Under the pieces are notes generated by a model, which saw only the letters and a list, made by a program, of their open reading frames with translations, was not told the origin of the DNA and made no database searches. DNA of 20,000 nucleotides, from the IMG/VR virus record IMGVR_UViG_3300035034_002688. One strand, 5' to 3'. The DNA is from an uncultured virus (IMG/VR IMGVR_UViG_3300035034_002688). Taxonomy: Duplodnaviria; Heunggongvirae; Uroviricota; Caudoviricetes. The position numbers and the translations under genes are program-made. Shown here piece by piece: positions 1-8,486 of the stretch; positions within the stretch are counted from its first letter, which is position 1, and every line of letters begins with the position of its first letter.

Positions 1-2180
1 TCATAAGGCACAGCGCGACCCGAGAGCGCACCTGAGATGCGCACGTCGGTCACGTCCGTCTCGATACCCTGGCTGGTCGTATCAAAGCTGAGCTGACGCT
101 GGGGTGTGTTGGCGTAGCCCCACTCCTGTACGACCTGGATGGCGTCCACGACCGCGTTTGACGGGAAGCCAAGCGCCACGTGAGCGTTACCAAGACCAAA
201 GTACAGCTCTCCAGTCGCCTGGATGCGTACACGATCTCCGGTCGCGTCTGTGATAGCCTCCGAATCGAAACGCTGAGGCGTCAACCCCAACGCGGTCTCG
301 GCAGCGGTGTAGGCTGCCAGGAGGTCCCCGGCAAGATCTGCGGCCGAGGGCGCAGCTCCCGGTGCGATGGTGAACGAGAAGTCCACGCCGTTGGCCGTGA
401 TCTCGATGCCATCGTTGGTATCCAGGACCACGACGGGCCATATGCCATCGTTGGACGAGAGCGTCTGCTTGAGGCCCTCGCTCATACGCACGTCGTACAG
501 GTTCGTACCGGAGAGCGTCGGACGAATCACCGTACCAGCCCTACGAAGCTCCGTATCGGCCAGACCCAGGGCCACGTCCGTGCGAACCGCTCGCGCCGAC
601 GTACGGTCACGTGAGAGCGACTCAAGGCGGACTCCCTGACCTCCGGCGAACGTCGAACCTGACTCCACCAGGAGACGCTCCTGTGGGGGCGTGTCATGGT
701 AGATGTCGGCAGCCGACGTGGAGGGCAAAGAGGCCTCCAGACCTCGCTCACCGACCTCCAGACGTACCTTTCGGTGACCACGGAACGCGTTGAGGCTCGG
801 GTCGGTAGAGAAACCCTCGACCCCCTGAGCGACCTTGGGGAGTGTCTGCCCATCAAGTGCGGCAAAGACCGCGAAGAGACGCGGCGCGCCGTCGGCATCC
901 ACGTAGTTGTTGGGGTTGAGCTGCCCACCCGCTGCCGGGATCGGCGTAGAGAGACGCAACACGCCCTGAGGCCAGTCGACGAAGATCTGGTCGTCTCCCG
1001 CGCCGGCAGGGTCGATGGTCAGGCCTTCCAGATCCGTAATCGGGTTTGAGAGGTCCGCCAGACCTCCCGCCGTGGCGGGATAAAGCGTGAGCCCGTAGCC
1101 CGGCGTGCCGGAGGTACCTGAGAAGAGAGCCAGCGACGCAGCAACACCCTGTCCCACCATTTGAGGAGAGATCAGGCTCTTGACGCGGAGCGTGTCCAGG
1201 ATGTCTCCACCCTCGGCCTCGAACACGGAGTCTCCAAAGAACTCGGCGCGAGGGACAAAGGGGGCGCCTGCAAGCTCTCCCACCGTAAAGGCCTTCTGCA
1301 CGGCGGAGGGCACTCCATCCTGTGCGCGCGGAAGCTCCACGCCAAAGAAGGGAGAGAGCACCACGTCCTCGACGTTGGTACCTCCCGGAGTGAAGGCCAC
1401 GCTCTCCACGTAGTAGAACGCGCTGTTGTAGACGGCCCAATCACCCGCCGTGAAGGTCTGAGCGTCCGTATGCTCCGCGACCACGTTGAGACGACCCTCG
1501 GCCGTGATCGTGGCGGTTGCAGACGAGCTATCCATGGAGACCGAAGAGATCCTCACGGGCCACGAGTTCGGCTTACGTGCGAGGTACACCCGCGAAGCCG
1601 TCTCATCGCGGCCCGGCCACGGGAGCAGCTCGACGGGCTGAGCGATCACGACCTGCCAGTACACGTCATTGAGCGTACCCAGGACCGAGCTGTAGATGCG
1701 GTCGAGCGTGAGGTCTCCGCCCACGACGTTGGTGATCTCATAGGTGCCGACAACGGCCGACGCACTTGAGATGTTGGCGACGTTGGAGACCACCAGACGC
1801 AGGTTGGCCAGACCAAAGGTACCCGTAAGGTAGGTCATGTCTGCCAGATTCGTATTGAACAGGGACGAGCCGTTGTTGAGCGTACCCTCGGTACCCTCTG
1901 CGACCACGCGCGCGCCAAACACCTGCACCTGCTGGACCAGACGACGGTGACGCCTTGGTGCCGTGGCCGGTGCGGACTGAGCAAAGAGGGCGTAGTCGTC
2001 TACATCCCCCAGGAAGCGCACGTCGGCGCTCGCTCCCAGGAGGTCGCCAAGGTCATGAAGCGCGGGTGCGGGGATAGCTCCCGACATGAGCGGCTCATCA
2101 CGAACGCTCAATGCGTCGTCTGTGCTCGTCTTGCCTTCAAGGGCCTTGCGAATGATGTCGTCGTTGAGGCTGCTAGACAT
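1..2180 (-). CDS. Large putative virion structural/tail-associated protein, 3'-truncated by window edge (>=726 aa)
   Basis: ATG at 2180 directly follows the TAA of the 658-aa gene. Manual translation MSSSLNDDIIRKALEGKTSTDDALSVRDEPL...GIETDVTDVRISGALSGRAVPY stays open to base 1. It is absent from the ORF track because there is no stop in the window. Composition resembles the neighbouring structural genes. Confidence 0.8.
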   Translation of the reverse strand, partial: MSSSLNDDIIRKALEGKTSTDDALSVRDEPLMSGAIPAPALHDLGDLLGASADVRFLGDVDDYALFAQSAPATAPRRHRRLVQQVQVFGARVVAEGTEGTLNNGSSLFNTNLADMTYLTGTFGLANLRLVVSNVANISSASAVVGTYEITNVVGGDLTLDRIYSSVLGTLNDVYWQVVIAQPVELLPWPGRDETASRVYLARKPNSWPVRISSVSMDSSSATATITAEGRLNVVAEHTDAQTFTAGDWAVYNSAFYYVESVAFTPGGTNVEDVVLSPFFGVELPRAQDGVPSAVQKAFTVGELAGAPFVPRAEFFGDSVFEAEGGDILDTLRVKSLISPQMVGQGVAASLALFSGTSGTPGYGLTLYPATAGGLADLSNPITDLEGLTIDPAGAGDDQIFVDWPQGVLRLSTPIPAAGGQLNPNNYVDADGAPRLFAVFAALDGQTLPKVAQGVEGFSTDPSLNAFRGHRKVRLEVGERGLEASLPSTSAADIYHDTPPQERLLVESGSTFAGGQGVRLESLSRDRTSARAVRTDVALGLADTELRRAGTVIRPTLSGTNLYDVRMSEGLKQTLSSNDGIWPVVVLDTNDGIEITANGVDFSFTIAPGAAPSAADLAGDLLAAYTAAETALGLTPQRFDSEAITDATGDRVRIQATGELYFGLGNAHVALGFPSNAVVDAIQVVQEWGYANTPQRQLSFDTTSQGIETDVTDVRISGALSGRAVPY

Positions 2181-4157
2181 TTATCCCTCGATCAGTTCAA
2201 TCTTGTAGAGCGCAAAGTCGCCACCTGTGGCGGCCGTCGAAGCATCTTCGATTCCAACCGCGAAGAAATACGAGTACAAGCCCGTCGCAGCGTTGAGCAG
2301 CGGGTACGAACCCATGCGGAGCGTAAAGAGCACCGAATTGGCCGACTCTACCACGTAGTCTACAAGGGCACCACCGAGTTCCACGGACTGACCCACGTTT
2401 ACGATGTTGGGCCCCGCGAAGAAAGACATCACCACACCAGAGGGTGAGTACGTCTCACGGCCCACGATCAGCAAGTCCTCACTCAAGTCCGCAGCGCCCG
2501 CCGTCGGGTTCCCGACCACTCGAAGCTGGAAGTCCCTGGAAGGGGTCAGCATGCCAAAGGCTCGCAGGTAGTTTCGGTTGCCCGAAGCACCTGAATAGTT
2601 CGGCTGGGAGTTGCCACCTGGAAGGTTAGGGAGGTGGTTAGTCGTGTAATCCGTGTCCGGGTACGCCAGCTCGCCACCCAGGCCCGTGATCCCCGCAGGA
2701 ACGGGATGGCCCGAGGAGATGCCTCGAACCTGTAGCTCGGTAGCTCCCAGCGCAGCGGTGGGGTCAAAGGTGGACGAGGTGCCGCGAGGGTCGGGCGCGG
2801 AGGCGTTAGCCAGATCAGCTCCCGAGTACCTCGTGACCTCATCCGCGAAGTTCTCCACCTGAGACCTACCCGCTGATGGAACATCTCCCGGCACTTGGTA
2901 GCCTGCCGCCGTGTGGACCAGCAACACGTTCGTGTCGGAGTTGGCTTGCGTGTCCTGACGACCAAAGGGGTCCGTCGCCTGGAGAGCTGGAGACCCTGCG
3001 AGCACCAGTCCCCCGGCGTCCGGGTTCAGGAACAGGCCCGCAGAAGCGTCGGAGCCCACCAGGATGGGGTTAGGCGAATAGTCGGTGTACGTCGGAGTCT
3101 GGACGGCGCCCTCGGTGTACTCAAGCGTGAGAGCCTCCTCAAGGAAGGAGTCCGCGTAGACACCCGTGACTTCGGCATCCCAGGCGAAGTCGTCCACCGG
3201 CCCATAGTACGTGACGCCGCTGAGCACGCGCGGAGTCCCCTCTGCCGTGTCGAGTACGTTGTCCGGGGCCAGCGTGTGCGAGTTGATCACAACCGTGGTA
3301 GCCGTGTCCGCGTCACGATAGAGCGTCTCGGGGAAGAGCTGGAAGTCCGCGAAGGACTCATAGGGGGCCGCCACCTTGTCCGCGAAGTAATCTGCCGAGG
3401 AGCGGTAATGTACCAGCTCCAACGCGCCGAGATCCCCGGAGGAGAGACCGGTATCTACCGAGATCACCACGCGCGCGATCTGGTATCCCGCATAAGCGAC
3501 CGCAGCCGCATCATACACCGGATCAGGTCCCGCGCCGAGGAAGGCGAAGCTTGCGCGCGTGTATGAGGTGAGCTGTGGGAGCCGGTCTGTCAAGGCGAAG
3601 CCAAGAGGGAGGCCGTCTACTGCCGCCTCGGCTCCGGGAATGAGCAGATCGTTTTGACCGACTACACGAGCCGGGACCGCAGAAGCCTCCGGTTCCCCCT
3701 CGGTGAAGACGTTTGAGAGGTTGATGGCCTGCACCACCACACCATCCAGCTTGACCGCGAGCACGCCTCGATCTGCCGGGTAGAGGATACCCGAGATCTC
3801 AAGCGCGTCCACGTTGATCACGCGGGCAAGGGTCCCTGTGGCGGTACCATCCGGGAAACGCCCAAGGACCGGCTCGGGAGAGTAGGACAGGGTAGACGGG
3901 TTGAGCGCGTTCAAGCTCTCATCAAGGCGATTAGGGCGAGGCTGGGGCGCCAGCTCGTTGATCACGTTGAGGTTGGTCTGGACATCTTGCCCCCCAAGGA
4001 GGGGAAGCTCGTCCGAACGTACGTTCTCCGCCAGGATGTCGGGCTGAAGGGCCGGGTCACCGGTGGCCGTGAAGTTGAGCGACGAAGCCGTGACCGACCC
4101 CTGACCGGCACGACCGGACCCTACGACGATCTGAGTTGGGTCTGTATTACGAGGCAT
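2181..4157 (-). CDS. Putative virion structural protein (658 aa), function unknown
   Basis: Long ORF with AGGAG RBS upstream of the ATG, in an operon with tail/baseplate-like genes; acidic, Gly/Ala/Thr/Pro-rich, beta-rich look. Confidence 0.75.
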   Translation of the reverse strand: MPRNTDPTQIVVGSGRAGQGSVTASSLNFTATGDPALQPDILAENVRSDELPLLGGQDVQTNLNVINELAPQPRPNRLDESLNALNPSTLSYSPEPVLGRFPDGTATGTLARVINVDALEISGILYPADRGVLAVKLDGVVVQAINLSNVFTEGEPEASAVPARVVGQNDLLIPGAEAAVDGLPLGFALTDRLPQLTSYTRASFAFLGAGPDPVYDAAAVAYAGYQIARVVISVDTGLSSGDLGALELVHYRSSADYFADKVAAPYESFADFQLFPETLYRDADTATTVVINSHTLAPDNVLDTAEGTPRVLSGVTYYGPVDDFAWDAEVTGVYADSFLEEALTLEYTEGAVQTPTYTDYSPNPILVGSDASAGLFLNPDAGGLVLAGSPALQATDPFGRQDTQANSDTNVLLVHTAAGYQVPGDVPSAGRSQVENFADEVTRYSGADLANASAPDPRGTSSTFDPTAALGATELQVRGISSGHPVPAGITGLGGELAYPDTDYTTNHLPNLPGGNSQPNYSGASGNRNYLRAFGMLTPSRDFQLRVVGNPTAGAADLSEDLLIVGRETYSPSGVVMSFFAGPNIVNVGQSVELGGALVDYVVESANSVLFTLRMGSYPLLNAATGLYSYFFAVGIEDASTAATGGDFALYKIELIEG

Positions 4158-4169
4158 GAGAGGCTCCTA

Positions 4170-6746
4170 TCAGGTCAGGGGGTTGCCCTTGAGGCGGTAG
4201 ACTGCGGCACAGGTGGTGTTGCTCGTATCAGCAAAGCCTACGCGGTTCTGAGCGCTCGCCTGCACGTAGTCAGCGACCACCACGAGCACAAGAGAGCCTT
4301 GACGTGCGAAGTCCGTCTCCTGCTCAATACGGCCGATGAAGGCGATGAACATCTTGTGCTCACTGATCGCAGACAGCGACTGGGCGAGGGCTGCCGGGCG
4401 ATAAGCCGTCAGGTCCACGCTCGTGTAATGGTCAAGGAACTCGGCGTTCTCGGTGGTGACGTTGATCGGATCTCGGAAGGTGAACGACTCGACCGGGACC
4501 AGAGGCACCAGCGTGTTCAGCTCCACAAAGCCCGTCGTCGCGTCGAAGTCATCAATCGAGATGGGCCCCGGCGCGCTAAGCTCGGCCTCCGAATCATACG
4601 GAGCGTCCACGTGCACCGGGATCTGAGCCATCGGCGCTTCGTACGGGTAACTCGTCAAAGGAGACCCGGACCCCGTAGTCCCCACGCGCATGCGGGGCGA
4701 GATCGCGAGAGGCTTGACCACCAAGTCGTTGTTGGGCGTGACGTTCTGGAGGAACTCGAACTGAATCGTCTGCACCGAATGCGTCAAGTAGTAGAGCGTG
4801 ATCGGTGTACCGTTGGTCGAGAACGCGCGCGCCGGGAAGAACGTGACATCCACCTCCTCATCCGGATTGGGCAGGACGCCACTAATACCTACCTGACGTC
4901 CCGCCGTCCTCGACGCATCCACGACGTAGACCGGACCTCCGCCCGTACCCTGAACCGAGACCACACCATTGGTCGAACCTCCAGCCGCCTCATAGAGGAA
5001 CTCAGGCAAGATCACCGTGGTCGTGTCGCTGGCGAACACCGTGAGGGTCACGGCGGCGTCCGTCGTATAGGTTGCCGAAACCTCTCGATGCGGGCCGTCC
5101 TCATAGTCGACCTGGAGGTAGGGACGAATCGCCGCCTGCCCCGCTGCGTTGTTCGTGAAGACGACCCCAATTGCACCGTTGAAGGCGGTGGGGTCGTGCA
5201 CCGTAGCCACGAAGTTCGAGGGCACGCCGTCAACGTGTGCGTTAAGCCCAGCTCCCACGGGGTAGAGGACCTCGAAGGTTACCCAAAGGTCTGCCGTCGA
5301 TGCCACGGTAGGAGGCGCCCCCAGGGTCACCTCGACCGTCTGTGTACCCAGGCCCGTGATCTGCTCGAAGACGTAAGGCTGCGTGCCCGTCGTGGGGCCC
5401 GCCTCATTGAGGGTGACCTCCAGGACATCTATGATCACCGTACCGGCCGGCTGCTCATCCGAGAGAGGCTGACCCAGGGTCGAGTTGGCGGTCAGGTCAA
5501 GGGCCACCGTATCTCCCGCCGTCCAGGTCCCGCCAGGAGGCGCAAAGACGACCACGTGCTGCTGCGCCACGGGTCGGTCCGAATAGATCGTACGGATACC
5601 GTCCGGAGAGCCGAAGGTGTTACCCGAAGACGGGTCCGACGGGATCGCCGTTGAGGGGATGAGGTCGTCAGCCTTGAGAACTTGCGTACCTGCCAGCTCC
5701 GAGCCTCCCACGTAGAAGCCCGTGCTCGCAGTGTTCGTGGCCCACGTACGCAGGTTGTGGTCCATCAAGAGGCCCAGTGAGCGTTCTACCTCGTGCCCAA
5801 GGTCAAACCCCGTAAACGAGACGCGGTTTCGCATATCCTGGAGGTCACCAAAGACGACCTCATCAGAGTAGCGGCCATCCGGACGGTCTGGGGTCCCCGA
5901 GACGATCTGAGAGCCCCCGTTACCATTGCCCGTGAGGTCGAAGGGCTGCGTGTTGAGGCGGTAGACCAGGGTGATGGGGATCGAGTAAACGTAGCCATCG
6001 GTCGTGCCGAGAGCGTTTGCCGGGTCACCGTCTCCAGCGCGCCACAGTCCCGCATCACCATCTACCCCGGTGTACGCGAAGGCGGACAGGGCGCCCAGAG
6101 GACCCTGTGCAAAGACGTTAGCGTCCGTGTAACCCAGCTTGTTTGCCGTGGAGGAGAGACGCTGTGAGGTGATCCTGTACTGAATCTGGACCCGACGTGT
6201 CGTCTCGGTGTTGATCACGGGATCTGTATCAATCAGATCGTCTGTGAGCCACGTCGCAGCCAAGGCCTCAACGTTGCCGTTCGGGTAGACCTGAGTGGCG
6301 CTTGGCTTGTTGTCGGTCGAAGGATTGGGAGCGACCACCGCGCGCCATACCTCAAGATACACGAAGTCTACGGCAATGGTGCCCGCTGAAGCAGGAGGAG
6401 CTGCCAGCGTGATCACGTTCTCGGAGGCGGTGTCCGTGCCCGTGTACTCCAGGGGGAGGACCCAGCCGTTGACGTGCACCACGGGGCGGTTGATCAGGTG
6501 CAGGGTGTTCGACTCGGTGCGGAAGTCAAAGGACGCGTTCGTGTCAGACTCGAAGTCTCCGGTCAAGAACCCCGAGGGGGTCTGCTGGCGGAGTACTTCG
6601 CGAGCCTTGTGCGACGCGATGTCCTGGTTGAGAATCAGCTCGCTGTCGAGCACCCCCTTTCCCTTCTGGAAGACCACCACGTCATACCCCGTCCCCTCAG
6701 GGTCGAGGAATCGGCTCACGCCTGTGCCATAATCGTTATCAGCCAT
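4170..6746 (-). CDS. Putative baseplate/tail-associated protein (858 aa) with DUF4815/DUF6519-like N-terminus
   Basis: N-terminal YDVVVFQKGKGVLDSELILNQDI resembles the 'V.FQ.G...(L/Q)..ELN..Q' start of large myovirus baseplate/adsorption proteins (recognised by eye). Also carries DFVYLEVWRAVV and ETTRRVQIQYRI motifs seen in such proteins. Confidence 0.7.
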   Translation of the reverse strand: MADNDYGTGVSRFLDPEGTGYDVVVFQKGKGVLDSELILNQDIASHKAREVLRQQTPSGFLTGDFESDTNASFDFRTESNTLHLINRPVVHVNGWVLPLEYTGTDTASENVITLAAPPASAGTIAVDFVYLEVWRAVVAPNPSTDNKPSATQVYPNGNVEALAATWLTDDLIDTDPVINTETTRRVQIQYRITSQRLSSTANKLGYTDANVFAQGPLGALSAFAYTGVDGDAGLWRAGDGDPANALGTTDGYVYSIPITLVYRLNTQPFDLTGNGNGGSQIVSGTPDRPDGRYSDEVVFGDLQDMRNRVSFTGFDLGHEVERSLGLLMDHNLRTWATNTASTGFYVGGSELAGTQVLKADDLIPSTAIPSDPSSGNTFGSPDGIRTIYSDRPVAQQHVVVFAPPGGTWTAGDTVALDLTANSTLGQPLSDEQPAGTVIIDVLEVTLNEAGPTTGTQPYVFEQITGLGTQTVEVTLGAPPTVASTADLWVTFEVLYPVGAGLNAHVDGVPSNFVATVHDPTAFNGAIGVVFTNNAAGQAAIRPYLQVDYEDGPHREVSATYTTDAAVTLTVFASDTTTVILPEFLYEAAGGSTNGVVSVQGTGGGPVYVVDASRTAGRQVGISGVLPNPDEEVDVTFFPARAFSTNGTPITLYYLTHSVQTIQFEFLQNVTPNNDLVVKPLAISPRMRVGTTGSGSPLTSYPYEAPMAQIPVHVDAPYDSEAELSAPGPISIDDFDATTGFVELNTLVPLVPVESFTFRDPINVTTENAEFLDHYTSVDLTAYRPAALAQSLSAISEHKMFIAFIGRIEQETDFARQGSLVLVVVADYVQASAQNRVGFADTSNTTCAAVYRLKGNPLT

Positions 6747-6785
6747 GTGTCGTCACCCGTGTATCAGGACCATCAGAGGAGGGAA

Positions 6786-7436
6786 TCAAAACGTCAGCCG
6801 CCACGTCAGCGTGAGCCGCGCCGTGGCCGGCTTGTTGATCACGGGGAACGTCAGATAGTTGCACAACATATCACTCCCCGTCACGTCGACGGCCGCATCA
6901 TACGCCCCGTTGGCCGGAAGGATCGGGTTGGTCACGGAGAGGTCCTCGTTTACGTCACCACCAATCAGCCCCATCTCCACGAGCGTACCGACCGCCTCAC
7001 TTTGAGCGAACGTCGCCGTGAAGTCGATCACGTTGGTAGGGTAGAGAACCGGTGATCCGCCCGAATCTACAAAAGTCGTGGACGAGAAGGTCTTGCGTGA
7101 CAGCTCCGAGTAGAGGGAGCGCTGCGTGTTCGTCTCGGCGGGAGGGTTCTGGAGATCCCAGCCCACATCTCCCGTGCCAATCGCCAGCGCGTAGATGCCG
7201 TGGCGGGGCTCCAGGGGGTTGACCGCCAACCGCGCCAGAAGAAGGCTCAGGTCGAGCGTGACCACGTTGTGCACCTCGAAGGTCTCCACGCGGCCGTCGT
7301 CATGCTCCAGGCGAAAGAACACATTTCCACGGATACCCTGCTTACGCTTGCCGAGGTATCGGTCCTCATAAAGAGAGCCGAGCGCGGACCGCGCCGAAGC
7401 GACCAGGGCACGGAGCTTGTCTTGGTAGGTGGGCAT
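6786..7436 (-). CDS. Putative baseplate/tail-collar-like structural protein (216 aa)
   Basis: Likely start ATG 7436 (MPTYQDKL...) with GAGG upstream; the ORF-track extension to 7727 runs through the CRISPR array. Motifs NVVT, ALAIGTG, EAVGTLVEMGL and TFPVINK...LTWRLTF are typical of phage tail-collar/baseplate-proximal proteins. Confidence 0.75.
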   Translation of the reverse strand: MPTYQDKLRALVASARSALGSLYEDRYLGKRKQGIRGNVFFRLEHDDGRVETFEVHNVVTLDLSLLLARLAVNPLEPRHGIYALAIGTGDVGWDLQNPPAETNTQRSLYSELSRKTFSSTTFVDSGGSPVLYPTNVIDFTATFAQSEAVGTLVEMGLIGGDVNEDLSVTNPILPANGAYDAAVDVTGSDMLCNYLTFPVINKPATARLTLTWRLTF

Positions 7437-7454
7437 GGCGACAATGACCTCAAA

Positions 7455-7494
7455 TGTAAGAGACTCGGGGCGGTTACACTCCGAGTCTCTTACA
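7455..7494 (-). terminator. Perfect 14-bp inverted repeat; possible terminator or insulating hairpin downstream of the CRISPR array
   Basis: TGTAAGAGACTCGG (7455-7468) / CCGAGTCTCTTACA (7481-7494). On the minus strand it is followed by TTT and then the GAGG RBS of the 216-aa gene; the U-tract is short. Confidence 0.5.
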
Positions 7495-7585
7495 AGTGAA
7501 TTAGAGAAGCCCCTACGCCGACGGCTCAAGCACCTCCGCGATACATTCGCAAAGGTCGTCACAGAAGACCGGCCCCCCGTCCTGC

Positions 7586-7979
7586 GGGAACATCCCCACG
7601 TGCGTGGGGAAGGGACCTGATGCCCGCGCGTCATGATCTCGGCCACGGGGACATCCCCGCGTGTGCGGGGAAGGGTCGTGTGCCCCCTTCGCGAAGGTCT
7701 TTCCGACGGGGACATCCCCGCGTACACGGGGAGGGGCTAGCGGCCTCACCCGCGCCCGTTGAATGGACGGGAACATCCCCGCGTGTGCGGGGAGGGGCTC
7801 TAGGATACTATGATACTTCTTTTCAAAGTGGGAACATCCCCGCGTGTGCGGGGAGGGGGTGCCTGCGGCTCCCGCGAGGCTGACGAAGCTGGGGACATCC
7901 CCGCGTACACGGGGAGGGGGACGGCTCGACCGGGACAGCCTCCGGGACCGGGGGACATCCCCGCGTACACGGGGAGGGG
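7586..7979 (-). CRISPR. Orphan CRISPR array, 7 x 29-bp repeats, 6 spacers (5 x 32 bp, 1 x 31 bp), type I-E-like
   Basis: Repeats start at 7586, 7647, 7708, 7769, 7830, 7891, 7951 (period 61/60). Minus-strand repeat CCCCTCCCCGCACACGCGGGGATGTTCCC aligns without gaps to the E. coli I-E repeat GTGTTCCCCGCGCCAGCGGGGATAAACCG, with a 7-bp stem and 4-nt loop. Spacers are unique; the most divergent repeat is leader-distal. Confidence 0.97.
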
Positions 7980-8130
7980 TCTGTGCCAAGAAGTCACATG
8001 AGCGGAATCACGTAAGTATTCGGTTTTCAAAGACTTTCAGAGTCCAGTGCCAAACAAGGTCACCCTTGGGCGACACTCTCGACGTCCTTATGGTAACCTT
8101 GAGGGTGGAGGCGTGTCAAGAGAAATCCCA
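7980..8130 (-). promoter_or_regulatory. CRISPR leader with sigma70-like promoter and boxA-like element
   Basis: Minus strand: TTGACA (8119-8114), 18 nt, TACCAT (8095-8090), then GTCTTTGAAAAC (8034-8023) about 45 nt before the first repeat. Region is AT-richer and non-coding. Confidence 0.7.
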
Positions 8131-8133
8131 AGC

Positions 8134-8463
8134 TCACAGCTTCCGAAGAATCGTACGTGAGGTCGCGTCCCCCACGATGGTACAAAGATCAAGCCCGACC
8201 CTCCTGAACGACCTCTGGATCTCATCGTCTGTGATGTTTTCAGGGAGCTTCCAGTCCCTCTGGTCCCACATCACCTTCGAGATTTGAGCGCCTAGAGGAG
8301 TCTCCAGATCCTCTTCGCTACGGATCAGGGCGAGGTCCCCCATGAGCAACTCCAGACCTTCCTTATCGGTCTGATCTCCTGATGCCGTGTACGCGTCGTA
8401 GATGCTGGCGGCGGCGCAGTAGATGGGGTCCGTATACGTGGCGTTGGCGTAAACGTAGGACAT
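8134..8463 (-). CDS. Hypothetical acidic protein (109 aa)
   Basis: ATG at 8463 (MSYVYANATY...) with AGGAG RBS at 8475-8471 and the repeated promoter-like motif just upstream. Confidence 0.75.
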   Translation of the reverse strand: MSYVYANATYTDPIYCAAASIYDAYTASGDQTDKEGLELLMGDLALIRSEEDLETPLGAQISKVMWDQRDWKLPENITDDEIQRSFRRVGLDLCTIVGDATSRTILRKL

Positions 8464-8486
8464 GTCGTATCTCCTGTAGTGTCGGA

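Noticed and set aside
3987..5654. Long plus-strand ORFs (555 aa here; also 1161-1769, 2895-3566, 8492-9259, 10033-10941, 13231-13977, 19107-19769)
   Set aside because: Mostly Arg/His-rich antisense shadows of GC-biased minus-strand genes, with no RBS or operon logic.
7615..7950. Full self-targeting protospacers within the window
   Set aside because: No long match to any spacer was found by eye, only ~9-nt coincidences; a computational search is still needed.
7437..8030. ORFs crossing the array (7513-7989, 7620-7883, 7800-8030) and the N-terminal extension of the 313-aa ORF
   Set aside because: They are translations of CRISPR repeats (recurring PRVRGDVP / VYAGMSP); a better start with RBS exists at 7436.
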